A stretch of 64,000 nt of DNA. Origin: Candidatus Merdivicinus intestinigallinarum. Lineage in GTDB: Bacteria; Bacillota; Clostridia; Oscillospirales; Ruminococcaceae. Shown piece by piece: positions 8,636 through 15,836 of this stretch. Both the position numbers and the translations under genes were made by a program. How positions within the stretch are numbered: the first letter of the stretch is position 1; the number at the start of each line of letters is the position of its first letter. The DNA lies in the NCBI GenBank assembly GCA_018713335.1, contig DVOW01000025.1, positions 46,457 through 110,456 of the forward strand, written 5' to 3'. The notes under the pieces were generated by a model. The model ran no database searches. It was not told the origin of the DNA and was given only the letters and a program-made list of their open reading frames with translations.

Positions 8636-11600
8636 TCAGCGCAGCCGGAAGGTCTTGATTTCAAAGGGGTGCATTTCAAAATTCACGGCACTGCCTTCCG
8701 TTTCCGCCGGGCGCTCGTTTTCCTCCACCAGGTTGCATTCCAAAGCCTCTGCGAAGGGCAGGGCAGATTGCAGGGAAACCCGGGTTTTCGTGCCGCTGGA
8801 TTCATACAGCCGGAGGATGATGCCGTCGCCGTCCTCCGCGGCCTTGACAGTGTCCAGGATGACGTTCCCTTTGCTGACCTGGAAGTAGGATTTTTCCGGG
8901 GGCAGGGAGCCTTCCGCCGCGTCCGGACAGAACTGGGCTTCCAGGGGGACGTTTAAGGCGTAACCGGCCTGGACCGTCCCGGCCGCCGTCCAGCCGCCTT
9001 TGTGGGGCCGGATGGCGTAGCAGAAGGTGTGGTACCCCTGGTCGGCGGTCAGATCGGGGTCAATGGGGGAGCGCAGCAGGGTCAGGCGCATCCGGTTCTC
9101 CTTGATGTCATAGCCGTATTTGCAGTCGTTCAACAGGCTGACGCCGTAATCGCCCTCCGACAGGTCGGCCCATTTGTGGCCGCACACCTCGAATTTGGTC
9201 CGGTCGTAGGAGGTGTTTTCGTGGGTGGGGCGTTCGATGGCGCCGAACTGGATCTCATAGGTGGCCTTGGAGGACAGGATATCCGGCAGGAATTCCGCCT
9301 TCAGCATTTTTTCCCGTTCGTGCCAGTCCACGGCTGTGCGGAACTCGATGCGGTCCAGATCCGCATACAGGACAATGTCCTGGGTAATGGTGGAGTTGTG
9401 GAAGGTCCGGACGACCCGCAATGTCCCCTTTAAGGGGCTTGCTTCCAGGATCTCCACAGAGCCGGCTTTCTCCAGGGGCCATTCCTTGTTCTGGTACTCG
9501 ATGTCGATGTTCCAGGCCGTTTCCCCGCCGGGCTTATCCTCGAAGATCTTCAGGACATTGGAGGGCCCTGCCAGGACTTCCCGTTCGTTTAGCTTGTCAT
9601 AAACGCTGGTGAGGATGCCGTTTTCGTCCAGCGTCACCCGGTAGAACCGGTTTTCCATGCAGGTCTTGGAAACGTTGACCCGGGCCTCTTCTTTGGCTTT
9701 GGCGGGCGCCAGGACAAAAGAAGCGTAGCCCATGGGCGGGACGTTCTCCGCCAGAAATTCCAGATACCGTGCGCCGTCCTCCTCATATTGGCGGCTGGGG
9801 ACCTCCTGCCCTTTGTCGTTGTGGACGGAAATGCCTTCCATGCCTTCCGGCAGGGGGATGGTCACCGGCTCGCTGCGCTGCCAGGAGAGATAGTTGAACA
9901 CCACCACGGTGTTGGCGGGATGGGCGATTTTGCCGCAGAGGGCCTGCTGGGCGGCGGAAACGATCTGGGTCCCGTTCCCCAGGATTTCGCTGTAATTTTT
10001 CTGGGCGTCCTCGTAAACGGAGTGGATGGAGGAGCCGGGGATGATGTCGTGGAACTGGTGGGTCAGGAGCGCTTTATAGCCCTTCAGCAGGTCGGCATAG
10101 GGGTATGCCGCGCCGGTTTCTTTGAGGGAAAAGACGCTGGCCATTTCCGCCCGGCGGTACAAAAGCTCGGACTTCCGGTTGTTTTTCTTGGTGCGCGCCT
10201 GGGAGGTGTAGGTCCCCCGGTGGAATTCATAATACATTTCGTCGTTCCAGACCGGCAGCTTTTCCTGCACCTTTTCGGCGTCCTTAAAGAAGGACTCCGA
10301 GGTGGAAAGCTCCATCCGGGGCAGGCCGGGGTAGTGTTCCAGCCGCTTGGCGGTTTCCAGCATCTGGTAGGTGGGTCCGCCGCCGCCGTCGCCGTAGCCG
10401 AAGGTCATGAGGGCCTCGTCCAAAATGGGCTTCTGGTCATAGCGCTGGTAAAGGGTGCGCAGGGTTTCGGGGGAAACCCTGCCGTTATAGTTCAGGCGCT
10501 GCAAATAGGCGGGAATCCGGGTGCCGTCGATGCCCTGCCACTGGAACAGGGAATGGGGGAACCGGTTGTCGTCGTTGTTGATAAGCTTGGAGGTGAAGAA
10601 ATACTTCATCCCGGAACGCTTGATGATCTGGGGCAGGGCCCAGGTATAGCCGAATACGTCCGGCATCCAGAAAACGTCGGAGCATTTGCCGAATTCCTCT
10701 AAGAAATACTGGCGTCCGTAAAGGATCTGCCGCACCAGGGATTCGCCGGAGGGGATGTTGGTGTCCATTTCCACCCAGGTGTTGCCCACCAGCTCGAACT
10801 GGCCGGTTTTGACCTTTTCCTTGACCCGTTCATAAAGCTCCGGGTAGTTTTCCTTGACAAACTCAAAAAGCTGGGGCTGGCTGAAGGCGAAGGTGAACTC
10901 CGGGTACTGGTCCATGAGGGCGCAGACGTTGGACAGGGTCTTGGCGGATTTCCGGATGGACTCCCGCACCGGCCAGAGCCAGGCGGTGTCGATGTGGGCC
11001 TGGCCCACGAATTTGATGATGCCGTGAGTGGAAGCGGAGATCTCCTTCATGGCCGCCTGGAAGGTTTCGGCGGCTTTGGGGATGCTGGCCAGCATGGTTT
11101 CCCGGTCAAAATCGAAATCCACGCAAGTGATGGAGGACAGCACCGCTTCCCGCAGCTTGTCGGCGTAAAAGTCCTCCTTGCTCACCGACTCAAAGAAGCG
11201 GACGACCTCCTCCGGCAGCCGGGTCCCGGATTTCAGCACCTTTTCCATGGGATTTTCCAGGGTATGGATGCCGTCCAGGGCGGTTTTGATGTCAAAATAA
11301 TAGGATTCCGCGGTCCGGTTGATGGTGACCAGGGCGGCTGTCCGGATGGTATAACGGATGCTCACCCCGCCTTTGCTGCGGAAGCGGTTGAATTCCATGT
11401 AATTCAAGTGGGCCTCAATCTCCACCTGGTAGGTTTCCCCGGCCTTGGCGGATTCCGAAAGCATGACCCGGGTCCGGGTGGCGTCCTGGGGTTCCAAGTA
11501 GGAGGTGATGGCGGAAACGATCTTCCCGTTGACCCGGACAATGCCCTCGCCGCCAAACTCCAGGTTCAGGGCCAAGGGCTTCCCCGCAAAGGCTTCCGGC

Positions 11601-11821
11601 ACTGTCACCGAGGCAGTGAACCACCGGGTAAAGTCGTCCCGGCATTCCCAGGCGTCCCCCACATGAAAAACGCCGTCGTCCGTTTCGCCCGTATAGCCGT
11701 CTTTTCCCAAAAACATGGCGCTGCGGCTCTGCCAGTCCGGCATCGGCAGGATATCCTCCAAAACCGCGTCGGAAATGGCTTCCAGCTTCCGCCGGAAAAT
11801 GCTGTCTTTGCTGAATTTCAT
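8636..11821 (-). CDS. GH38 alpha-mannosidase (long, 1061 aa)
   Basis: The start is moved to the ATG at 11821 (MKFSKDS...), which has GGAGGGA upstream. GH38 motifs are VGQAHIDTAWLWP, PDVFGYTWALPQ and THQFHDIIPGSSI. Confidence 0.9.
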   Translation of the reverse strand: MKFSKDSIFRRKLEAISDAVLEDILPMPDWQSRSAMFLGKDGYTGETDDGVFHVGDAWECRDDFTRWFTASVTVPEAFAGKPLALNLEFGGEGIVRVNGKIVSAITSYLEPQDATRTRVMLSESAKAGETYQVEIEAHLNYMEFNRFRSKGGVSIRYTIRTAALVTINRTAESYYFDIKTALDGIHTLENPMEKVLKSGTRLPEEVVRFFESVSKEDFYADKLREAVLSSITCVDFDFDRETMLASIPKAAETFQAAMKEISASTHGIIKFVGQAHIDTAWLWPVRESIRKSAKTLSNVCALMDQYPEFTFAFSQPQLFEFVKENYPELYERVKEKVKTGQFELVGNTWVEMDTNIPSGESLVRQILYGRQYFLEEFGKCSDVFWMPDVFGYTWALPQIIKRSGMKYFFTSKLINNDDNRFPHSLFQWQGIDGTRIPAYLQRLNYNGRVSPETLRTLYQRYDQKPILDEALMTFGYGDGGGGPTYQMLETAKRLEHYPGLPRMELSTSESFFKDAEKVQEKLPVWNDEMYYEFHRGTYTSQARTKKNNRKSELLYRRAEMASVFSLKETGAAYPYADLLKGYKALLTHQFHDIIPGSSIHSVYEDAQKNYSEILGNGTQIVSAAQQALCGKIAHPANTVVVFNYLSWQRSEPVTIPLPEGMEGISVHNDKGQEVPSRQYEEDGARYLEFLAENVPPMGYASFVLAPAKAKEEARVNVSKTCMENRFYRVTLDENGILTSVYDKLNEREVLAGPSNVLKIFEDKPGGETAWNIDIEYQNKEWPLEKAGSVEILEASPLKGTLRVVRTFHNSTITQDIVLYADLDRIEFRTAVDWHEREKMLKAEFLPDILSSKATYEIQFGAIERPTHENTSYDRTKFEVCGHKWADLSEGDYGVSLLNDCKYGYDIKENRMRLTLLRSPIDPDLTADQGYHTFCYAIRPHKGGWTAAGTVQAGYALNVPLEAQFCPDAAEGSLPPEKSYFQVSKGNVILDTVKAAEDGDGIILRLYESSGTKTRVSLQSALPFAEALECNLVEENERPAETEGSAVNFEMHPFEIKTFRLR

Positions 11822-11841
11822 GTCGATTCCTCCCTGCAAGG

Positions 11842-12867
11842 TTATTGATTGGCACAAAAATCCTCATACTGGGCAAAAGCTTCCCGAAGCTCGTCTGGAG
11901 AAGCGGTCCCCGTCATGCCGGTTTTCCGGATGGTAACGGCGGGGACAAGGTTCGCGAAGGAAAGGGCTGTTTCCGGCGGCAGCCCCAGGCTGTATACCGC
12001 TGAAAATCCCGCCAGGAAGGCGTCGCCCGCCCCCACGAAATCAATGGGCGGCGGCACCTGGTAGGCCGGGACAAGGACGGTCCTCCCTCCTTCCGCCCAG
12101 AGAACCCCCCGGTCCCCCAAGGTGATGAGGGCGGGGCGGCCGCACCGCTTTTCCAGGGCCAGGGCGGCCTCCTTCATGGCGGCGGTGTCCTCTGCGGCGG
12201 CAGGGTCAAGGCCCAGGAAGCGGCAGGCCTCCAGCTCATTGGGCTTGATGACGGCATTTTGGAACGCCCCGATCCGGTCCCGGCTGTCCGCAATCACGGG
12301 CATGACCCTGCCAAGCTCCGCCAGCCGTTCCATGACCTTGGGGGTGATGCAGCCGTTTTGCAGCTGGTCGCAGACGATCAGAACGTCCGCCCCCTGACAG
12401 GCATTTTCCAGAGAAGCTAAGAGCCGCTGCTCCATTTCCTCGGAAAGAGGGGCGAGGTTATTGAAGTCCAGCCGGGGGTCCTCATATTTCACGTCCGAGA
12501 TTCCGCAGCGGATGGGCTTGCAGTAGGCGGGCGTCACCCGTTCCGGAGAAGAAACCAGGTAATCCGCCGGGATGCGGATCTTTTCAAAAAGGGAACGGAA
12601 CAGGGTCCCCCGCCAGTCTTCCCCAATGCAGCCCACAAACCGGATATCTGAAACCCCCAGGGCCGCCAGGTTTGCCGCCACGTTGGCCCCGGCCCCCAGG
12701 GAAAAGCGCTCCTCCACAATGGGCAGAGGGTAGTGGGGCACCTCCCGGGACAGCTCGCTTAACCGCATATCCGCCTCCCAGTAAATGTCCACGCAGCCGT
12801 CCCCGATAAGGGCGACCTTCCGGGAAGGGAGGCTCTTTAAGATTTGTTCCAGGTCTTCTTTTGTCAT
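11842..12867 (-). CDS. PfkB-family sugar kinase resembling the kinase domain of HldE/RfaE
   Basis: AAGGAGGG RBS; 341 aa. ALIGDGCVDIYW...PIVEERFSLGAGANVAANLAALG and the C-terminal VGAGDAF...TGMTGTASPDEL parallel E. coli HldE domain I (VVGDVMLDRYW...IEERPGGAANVAMNIASLG ... TGAGDT), as I recall that sequence. Confidence 0.85.
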   Translation of the reverse strand: MTKEDLEQILKSLPSRKVALIGDGCVDIYWEADMRLSELSREVPHYPLPIVEERFSLGAGANVAANLAALGVSDIRFVGCIGEDWRGTLFRSLFEKIRIPADYLVSSPERVTPAYCKPIRCGISDVKYEDPRLDFNNLAPLSEEMEQRLLASLENACQGADVLIVCDQLQNGCITPKVMERLAELGRVMPVIADSRDRIGAFQNAVIKPNELEACRFLGLDPAAAEDTAAMKEAALALEKRCGRPALITLGDRGVLWAEGGRTVLVPAYQVPPPIDFVGAGDAFLAGFSAVYSLGLPPETALSFANLVPAVTIRKTGMTGTASPDELREAFAQYEDFCANQ

Positions 12868-12879
12868 AGGGGCCCTCCT

Positions 12880-13857
12880 TTACTCAGCTTCCGGCCGGGC
12901 GTCCGTCAGCAGATGATAAAGGGTGGGTACGGTCTGCATATGGTTGCCGTAGATGTAATAGCCGTTCCCTCCGAGGCTTACGGGACGGTTCATAATATTC
13001 TTCCGGGGCCGGTAATAGTAGTGAAAGTGGTCCTTGCTGACGTCGGATTTGTAATCCCCCAGGGGGATGATGTCAAAATTCCCGGTGGTGATGTGCCGGG
13101 TCATGTAGCCGTGGTTGCGGACGATGGACAGGGCCTTCAAAAATACCTCCGGCCCGGTGACGGAGGAGCCGATGTTTAAGAAAACGCCTCCCTCCAGGTC
13201 TTTCAGGGAGTTGACGTAAATCTTGAAATCCCGGCCGCTGGTTCCGCCGATGGCCGCAAAATCCACGGAAGGGTGTTCGTGGATAATGTCCGTCCCCATG
13301 GTCACATGGTAGGTGGCGGGAATGCCGCTTGCGTAGGCGGTGTAGAAGACGCAGTCTTCCCGGTAAGGAAACCGGTCGGGATGTTCGTCCACATAATGGG
13401 CCAGGGCTTCCCCGTAGCCGTAGCCTTTCTCAAATCCCTGGCGGATGGCCTCGTTCATCCAGCCGCCGGTCTGCTCCCACATACCGAAGGAGCCGTCCTC
13501 GATGGCGGTGGGGACGTGTTCGGAGGTGCCGCCCAGGTAGGCCAGTTCAAAATCATGGATGCTCCCTGCGCCGTTGGAGGCGATGTGGGTGATAAGCCCC
13601 CGCTTAATCAGGTCGATCAAATAGCGGGAAAGGCCGCATTTGATGACGTGGGCGCCGTAAAAGACGATCACCGGCCGGCCGTTTTTCCGGGCCTCCAGGA
13701 TCTTTTCGCTGACGGCGCGGAGTTCCTCGGAAGGGTAAAGCTCCACCGGGTCGGACAGGTTGCAGAGATTGTCGATCCGCACCAGGTTGTGCCGTTCCCA
13801 TACGTCATATGTTTTGGTGTCTGAAAAATCAAATTCCTGAGGTTGAAACAGAGCCAT
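12880..13857 (-). CDS. Conserved protein with a deoxyhypusine-synthase-like (DHS-like NAD-binding) core; function unknown
   Basis: GGGGAGG RBS; 325 aa; first gene of the operon. PVIVFYGAHVIKCGLSRYLIDLIKRGLITHIASNGAGSIHDFELA resembles the DHS core pattern (small residues, then L-I-x-x-G-x-V-D-x-I-V-T-T-x-G-x-x-E-x-D). Confidence 0.7.
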   Translation of the reverse strand: MALFQPQEFDFSDTKTYDVWERHNLVRIDNLCNLSDPVELYPSEELRAVSEKILEARKNGRPVIVFYGAHVIKCGLSRYLIDLIKRGLITHIASNGAGSIHDFELAYLGGTSEHVPTAIEDGSFGMWEQTGGWMNEAIRQGFEKGYGYGEALAHYVDEHPDRFPYREDCVFYTAYASGIPATYHVTMGTDIIHEHPSVDFAAIGGTSGRDFKIYVNSLKDLEGGVFLNIGSSVTGPEVFLKALSIVRNHGYMTRHITTGNFDIIPLGDYKSDVSKDHFHYYYRPRKNIMNRPVSLGGNGYYIYGNHMQTVPTLYHLLTDARPEAE

Positions 13858-13896
13858 TTTGATACCTCCCCATATATAATAAAGATTGTTTACTAC

Positions 13897-13925
13897 ATTA
13901 TTTCATAAAAGAAGTGCGCCGTCAA
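13897..13925 (-). promoter_or_regulatory. Candidate sigma-A promoter of the DHS-like/kinase/GH38 operon
   Basis: On the minus strand: TTGACG (13925-13920), a 17-nt spacer, then AATAAT (13902-13897). It sits about 40 nt upstream of the start codon. Confidence 0.5.
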
Positions 13926-14188
13926 GGGGAAATTGAAATATTTACTGGAATTTCAGAAAATAATTTTGATTTCGTGAAAACAGCCAATAAAATAGCGCGG
14001 AAATTGTTCTGAAATACAATTAGATAAAATAACTTTACCTTCGCGCTGCGCGGGCATCCAAAACAAAAAGAATAAAAAAGACTGTTCATTTCTGCGGAAA
14101 TGTGCTAAAATAAAGGCGTTAGAGCCGCCGGGCCGCCGCTGGTTTCCGGCGGGGCGGCATTGTCAAAAACAATCGGGAGGGATACTGT

Positions 14189-14962
14189 ATGAGATTTTGC
14201 GTGCCGGTCCCCTGCTTTTTCGGGGAAATAGACTTCTGCGCCGCCATGAAAAAGATCCGGGAGCTGGGCTTTGACGCGGCGGAAACCTATGACTGGAAAA
14301 GCCTGGACCTGGAACGGGTGCGGCAGACCTGCGCCGAAGCCGGCGTGGAGCTCTTAAGCATGTGCACCACGGCATTTAACATGACCGCCCCGGAAAAGCG
14401 GGGGGATTGGCTGGCGGGGCTGAAGGAAAGCTGCGCGGCCGCCCAAAAGGCCGGGGTGAAGCGGCTCATTACCCAGGTGGGGCAGGATACCGGAGCAGAA
14501 CGGGCGTATCAGCATGAAAGCATCGTGGCCGCTTTGCGGGAAGCCCGGCCCATCTTAGAGGAAAGCGGCGTCACCGTCATGATCGAGCCTTTGAACACCT
14601 ATGTAAACCACCCCGGGTATTATCTTTGGTCCTCCCGGGAGGCTTTTGACATCATCCGGGAAGTGGGGCACCCTCTGGTGAAGGTGGTTTACGACATTTA
14701 CCACCAGCAGGTCATGGAAGGGAACATTATCCCCAGCATTACGGAGAACCTGGACTGCATCGCCCACCTCCACGCCGCCGGGCATCCGGGCCGGCACGAG
14801 CTGCAATACGGAGAAAACGACTACCGGGTGATCTTTGACGCCGTGGACAAGGCCGGGTATACGGGAGCCTGCGGCCTGGAATATACGCCCATTATGGACA
14901 GCGAAGAAAGCCTGCGGGAATTTAAACGAATTTATATGGGGAACCCCTGTGAGGAATTGTAG
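14189..14962 (+). CDS. Hydroxypyruvate isomerase (Hyi)/2-oxo-tetronate isomerase-like TIM-barrel enzyme
   Basis: GGGAGGG RBS; 257 aa. MIEPLN, YDIYHQQVMEGN, HLHAAGHPGRHE and GLEYTP line up with the Hyi pattern (IEPIN, YDIYHMQ.MEG, ADNPHRGEPG, CEYKP). The TAG stop lies inside the first GTAG repeat head. Confidence 0.85.
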   Translation: MRFCVPVPCFFGEIDFCAAMKKIRELGFDAAETYDWKSLDLERVRQTCAEAGVELLSMCTTAFNMTAPEKRGDWLAGLKESCAAAQKAGVKRLITQVGQDTGAERAYQHESIVAALREARPILEESGVTVMIEPLNTYVNHPGYYLWSSREAFDIIREVGHPLVKVVYDIYHQQVMEGNIIPSITENLDCIAHLHAAGHPGRHELQYGENDYRVIFDAVDKAGYTGACGLEYTPIMDSEESLREFKRIYMGNPCEEL

Positions 14963-15052
14963 GGGCGGCCATGTCATCGATTTGATGACCGTCGCCCGCG
15001 ATTCCACAAAAACGCCGTGATTTATCGCCGGGCGCGCATTGCGCGCCCCTAC
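14959..15052. repeat. REPIN-like doublet E1: two GTAG-headed GC-rich palindromes in inverted orientation
   Basis: The left end is TGTAGGGGCGG followed by the hairpin GTCATC-gattt-GATGAC. The right end is the hairpin GGGCGCGCA-t-TGCGCGCCC followed by CTACAA. Confidence 0.7.
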
Positions 15053-15084
15053 AACCGGCGATCCTGGTGATATATTTTCCCCAA

Positions 15085-15134
15085 AAATCAAACAACAAAA
15101 CAGAAACGCCCTCCATCTTCCGATGAAGGGCGTT
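15085..15134 (-). terminator. Intrinsic terminator (minus strand)
   Basis: On the minus strand AACGCCCUUCAUC-ggaa-GAUGGAGGGCGUU forms a 13-bp stem with one G-U pair, followed by UCUGUUUUGUUGUUUGAUUUUU. On the plus strand the same stem has a C/A mismatch and no T-run. Confidence 0.65.
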
Positions 15135-15495
15135 CGTTTCCGGCTGCGCTGGGCTTTCGGGGCTTCCGCCCCTTCGGTGATAGGCAGTACTTGGGGAGCC
15201 AAAGCCCCTTCGCGCCAGCCCGGAAACAGCAAGGGACGGCATAAGGATTCCTCCCATATGCCGCCCCAGGGATCTTTGCTTTGGGTTTCGCCGCTTGCAC
15301 AAAACTTCCCTCTTGCCAAACAGCAGAAACTGTTGTACAATAAAGAAGCGGTGCAGCATTGCTGTTGCATATGGTGGTGTGTTCACCTTATGTAGCCTCG
15401 GAGGATCTTTCCCATCCTTCGGGGCACCGTTTTTGCCATTTCCGTTTTGTAAGCGCGGAGGAATACTGTTTGGACTATTCTTTGTACACGCTTAC
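15090..15495 (-). ncRNA. Candidate ~400-nt structured RNA of unknown class (predicted only from a promoter plus a terminator)
   Basis: It is bounded by the TTGCAA-N17-TATAAT promoter (15530-15502) and the terminator at 15134-15085. It is GC-rich with several strong local hairpins, e.g. GGGACGGCAUA...UAUGCCGCCCC and GGGGC-GGAA-GCCCC. There is no convincing ORF or RBS and no downstream gene on this strand. I recognised no RNase P, tmRNA, SRP or T-box signature. Confidence 0.35.
15313..15341 (+). promoter_or_regulatory. Candidate sigma-A promoter (plus strand) inside the gene-free region
   Basis: TTGCCA (15313-15318), a 17-nt spacer, then TACAAT (15336-15341). Confidence 0.5.
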
Positions 15496-15501
15496 AGGCA
15501 T

Positions 15502-15530
15502 ATTATAACGCATCCGGCAGAAATTTGCAA
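15502..15530 (-). promoter_or_regulatory. Candidate sigma-A promoter (minus strand)
   Basis: On the minus strand: TTGCAA (15530-15525), a 17-nt spacer, then TATAAT (15507-15502). The -35 box sits inside the stem of the plus-strand terminator. Confidence 0.5.
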
Positions 15531-15563
15531 GAGCTTTTGCGAATTTCTGTCGGTTTTTATTTT
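15514..15563 (+). terminator. Intrinsic terminator (plus strand)
   Basis: CCGGCAGAAATTTGCAA-gagctt-TTGCGAATTTCTGTCGG forms a 17-bp stem with two G-U pairs, followed by TTTTTATTTT. Confidence 0.7.
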
Positions 15564-15611
15564 CGTGCGGGCGGGGAAACGCCGTCCCTTGACGAATGTT
15601 CCGGGTAGTAT

Positions 15612-15780
15612 GTAGGGGCGGATGCCCACATCCGCCCGGCGGGAAGACCCCGCGGCCGCACAGCCTCACGCCGCCCGCTGGACGTGCTCATGTTCTGAAT
15701 AAATTCACAACAATTCGCCGTATGGGCAGGCTTTATTCTCTGTGGAGAATTCGCGGGACGATGTGGGCATCGTCCCCTAC
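15612..15780. repeat. REPIN-like element E2 with 27-bp terminal inverted repeats
   Basis: The left end is GTAGGGGCGGATGCCCACATCCGCCC. The right end is GGGACGATGTGGGCATCGTCCCCTAC, which is the reverse complement of the left end with 3-4 mismatches. Each end folds into its own hairpin. Confidence 0.65.
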
Positions 15781-15836
15781 AACCGGCGAGCCGCCGGGGG
15801 CAATTCGCCGCGGCCGTGGTATTCCTATCCTGCTAC

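Larger units (their letters stand above)
15348..15563 (+). ncRNA. Candidate ~215-nt RNA antisense to the 5' part of the minus-strand candidate RNA
   Basis: It runs from the TTGCCA-N17-TACAAT promoter to a 17-bp-stem terminator at 15514-15563. It overlaps the minus-strand candidate by about 148 nt (15348-15495). No RBS-preceded ORF is present. Confidence 0.35.

Noticed and set aside
15160-15215. Glycine-riboswitch-like strings on the minus strand (CACCGAAGGGGC and GCGCGAAGGGGC).
   Set aside because: The other conserved glycine-aptamer elements (GGAGAG and CUCAGGCA...GGAC) are absent, and there is no downstream gene on that strand.
14555-15386. The ORFs 14555-15370(-) and 14922-15386(-) as possible proteins in the gene-free region, including a Cys-rich N-terminus MQQQCCTASLLYNSFCC.
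   Set aside because: There is no proper RBS spacing. They run through a strong terminator hairpin, the repeat element and the 3' end of the Hyi-like gene. Their composition is typical of translated GC-rich structured DNA.
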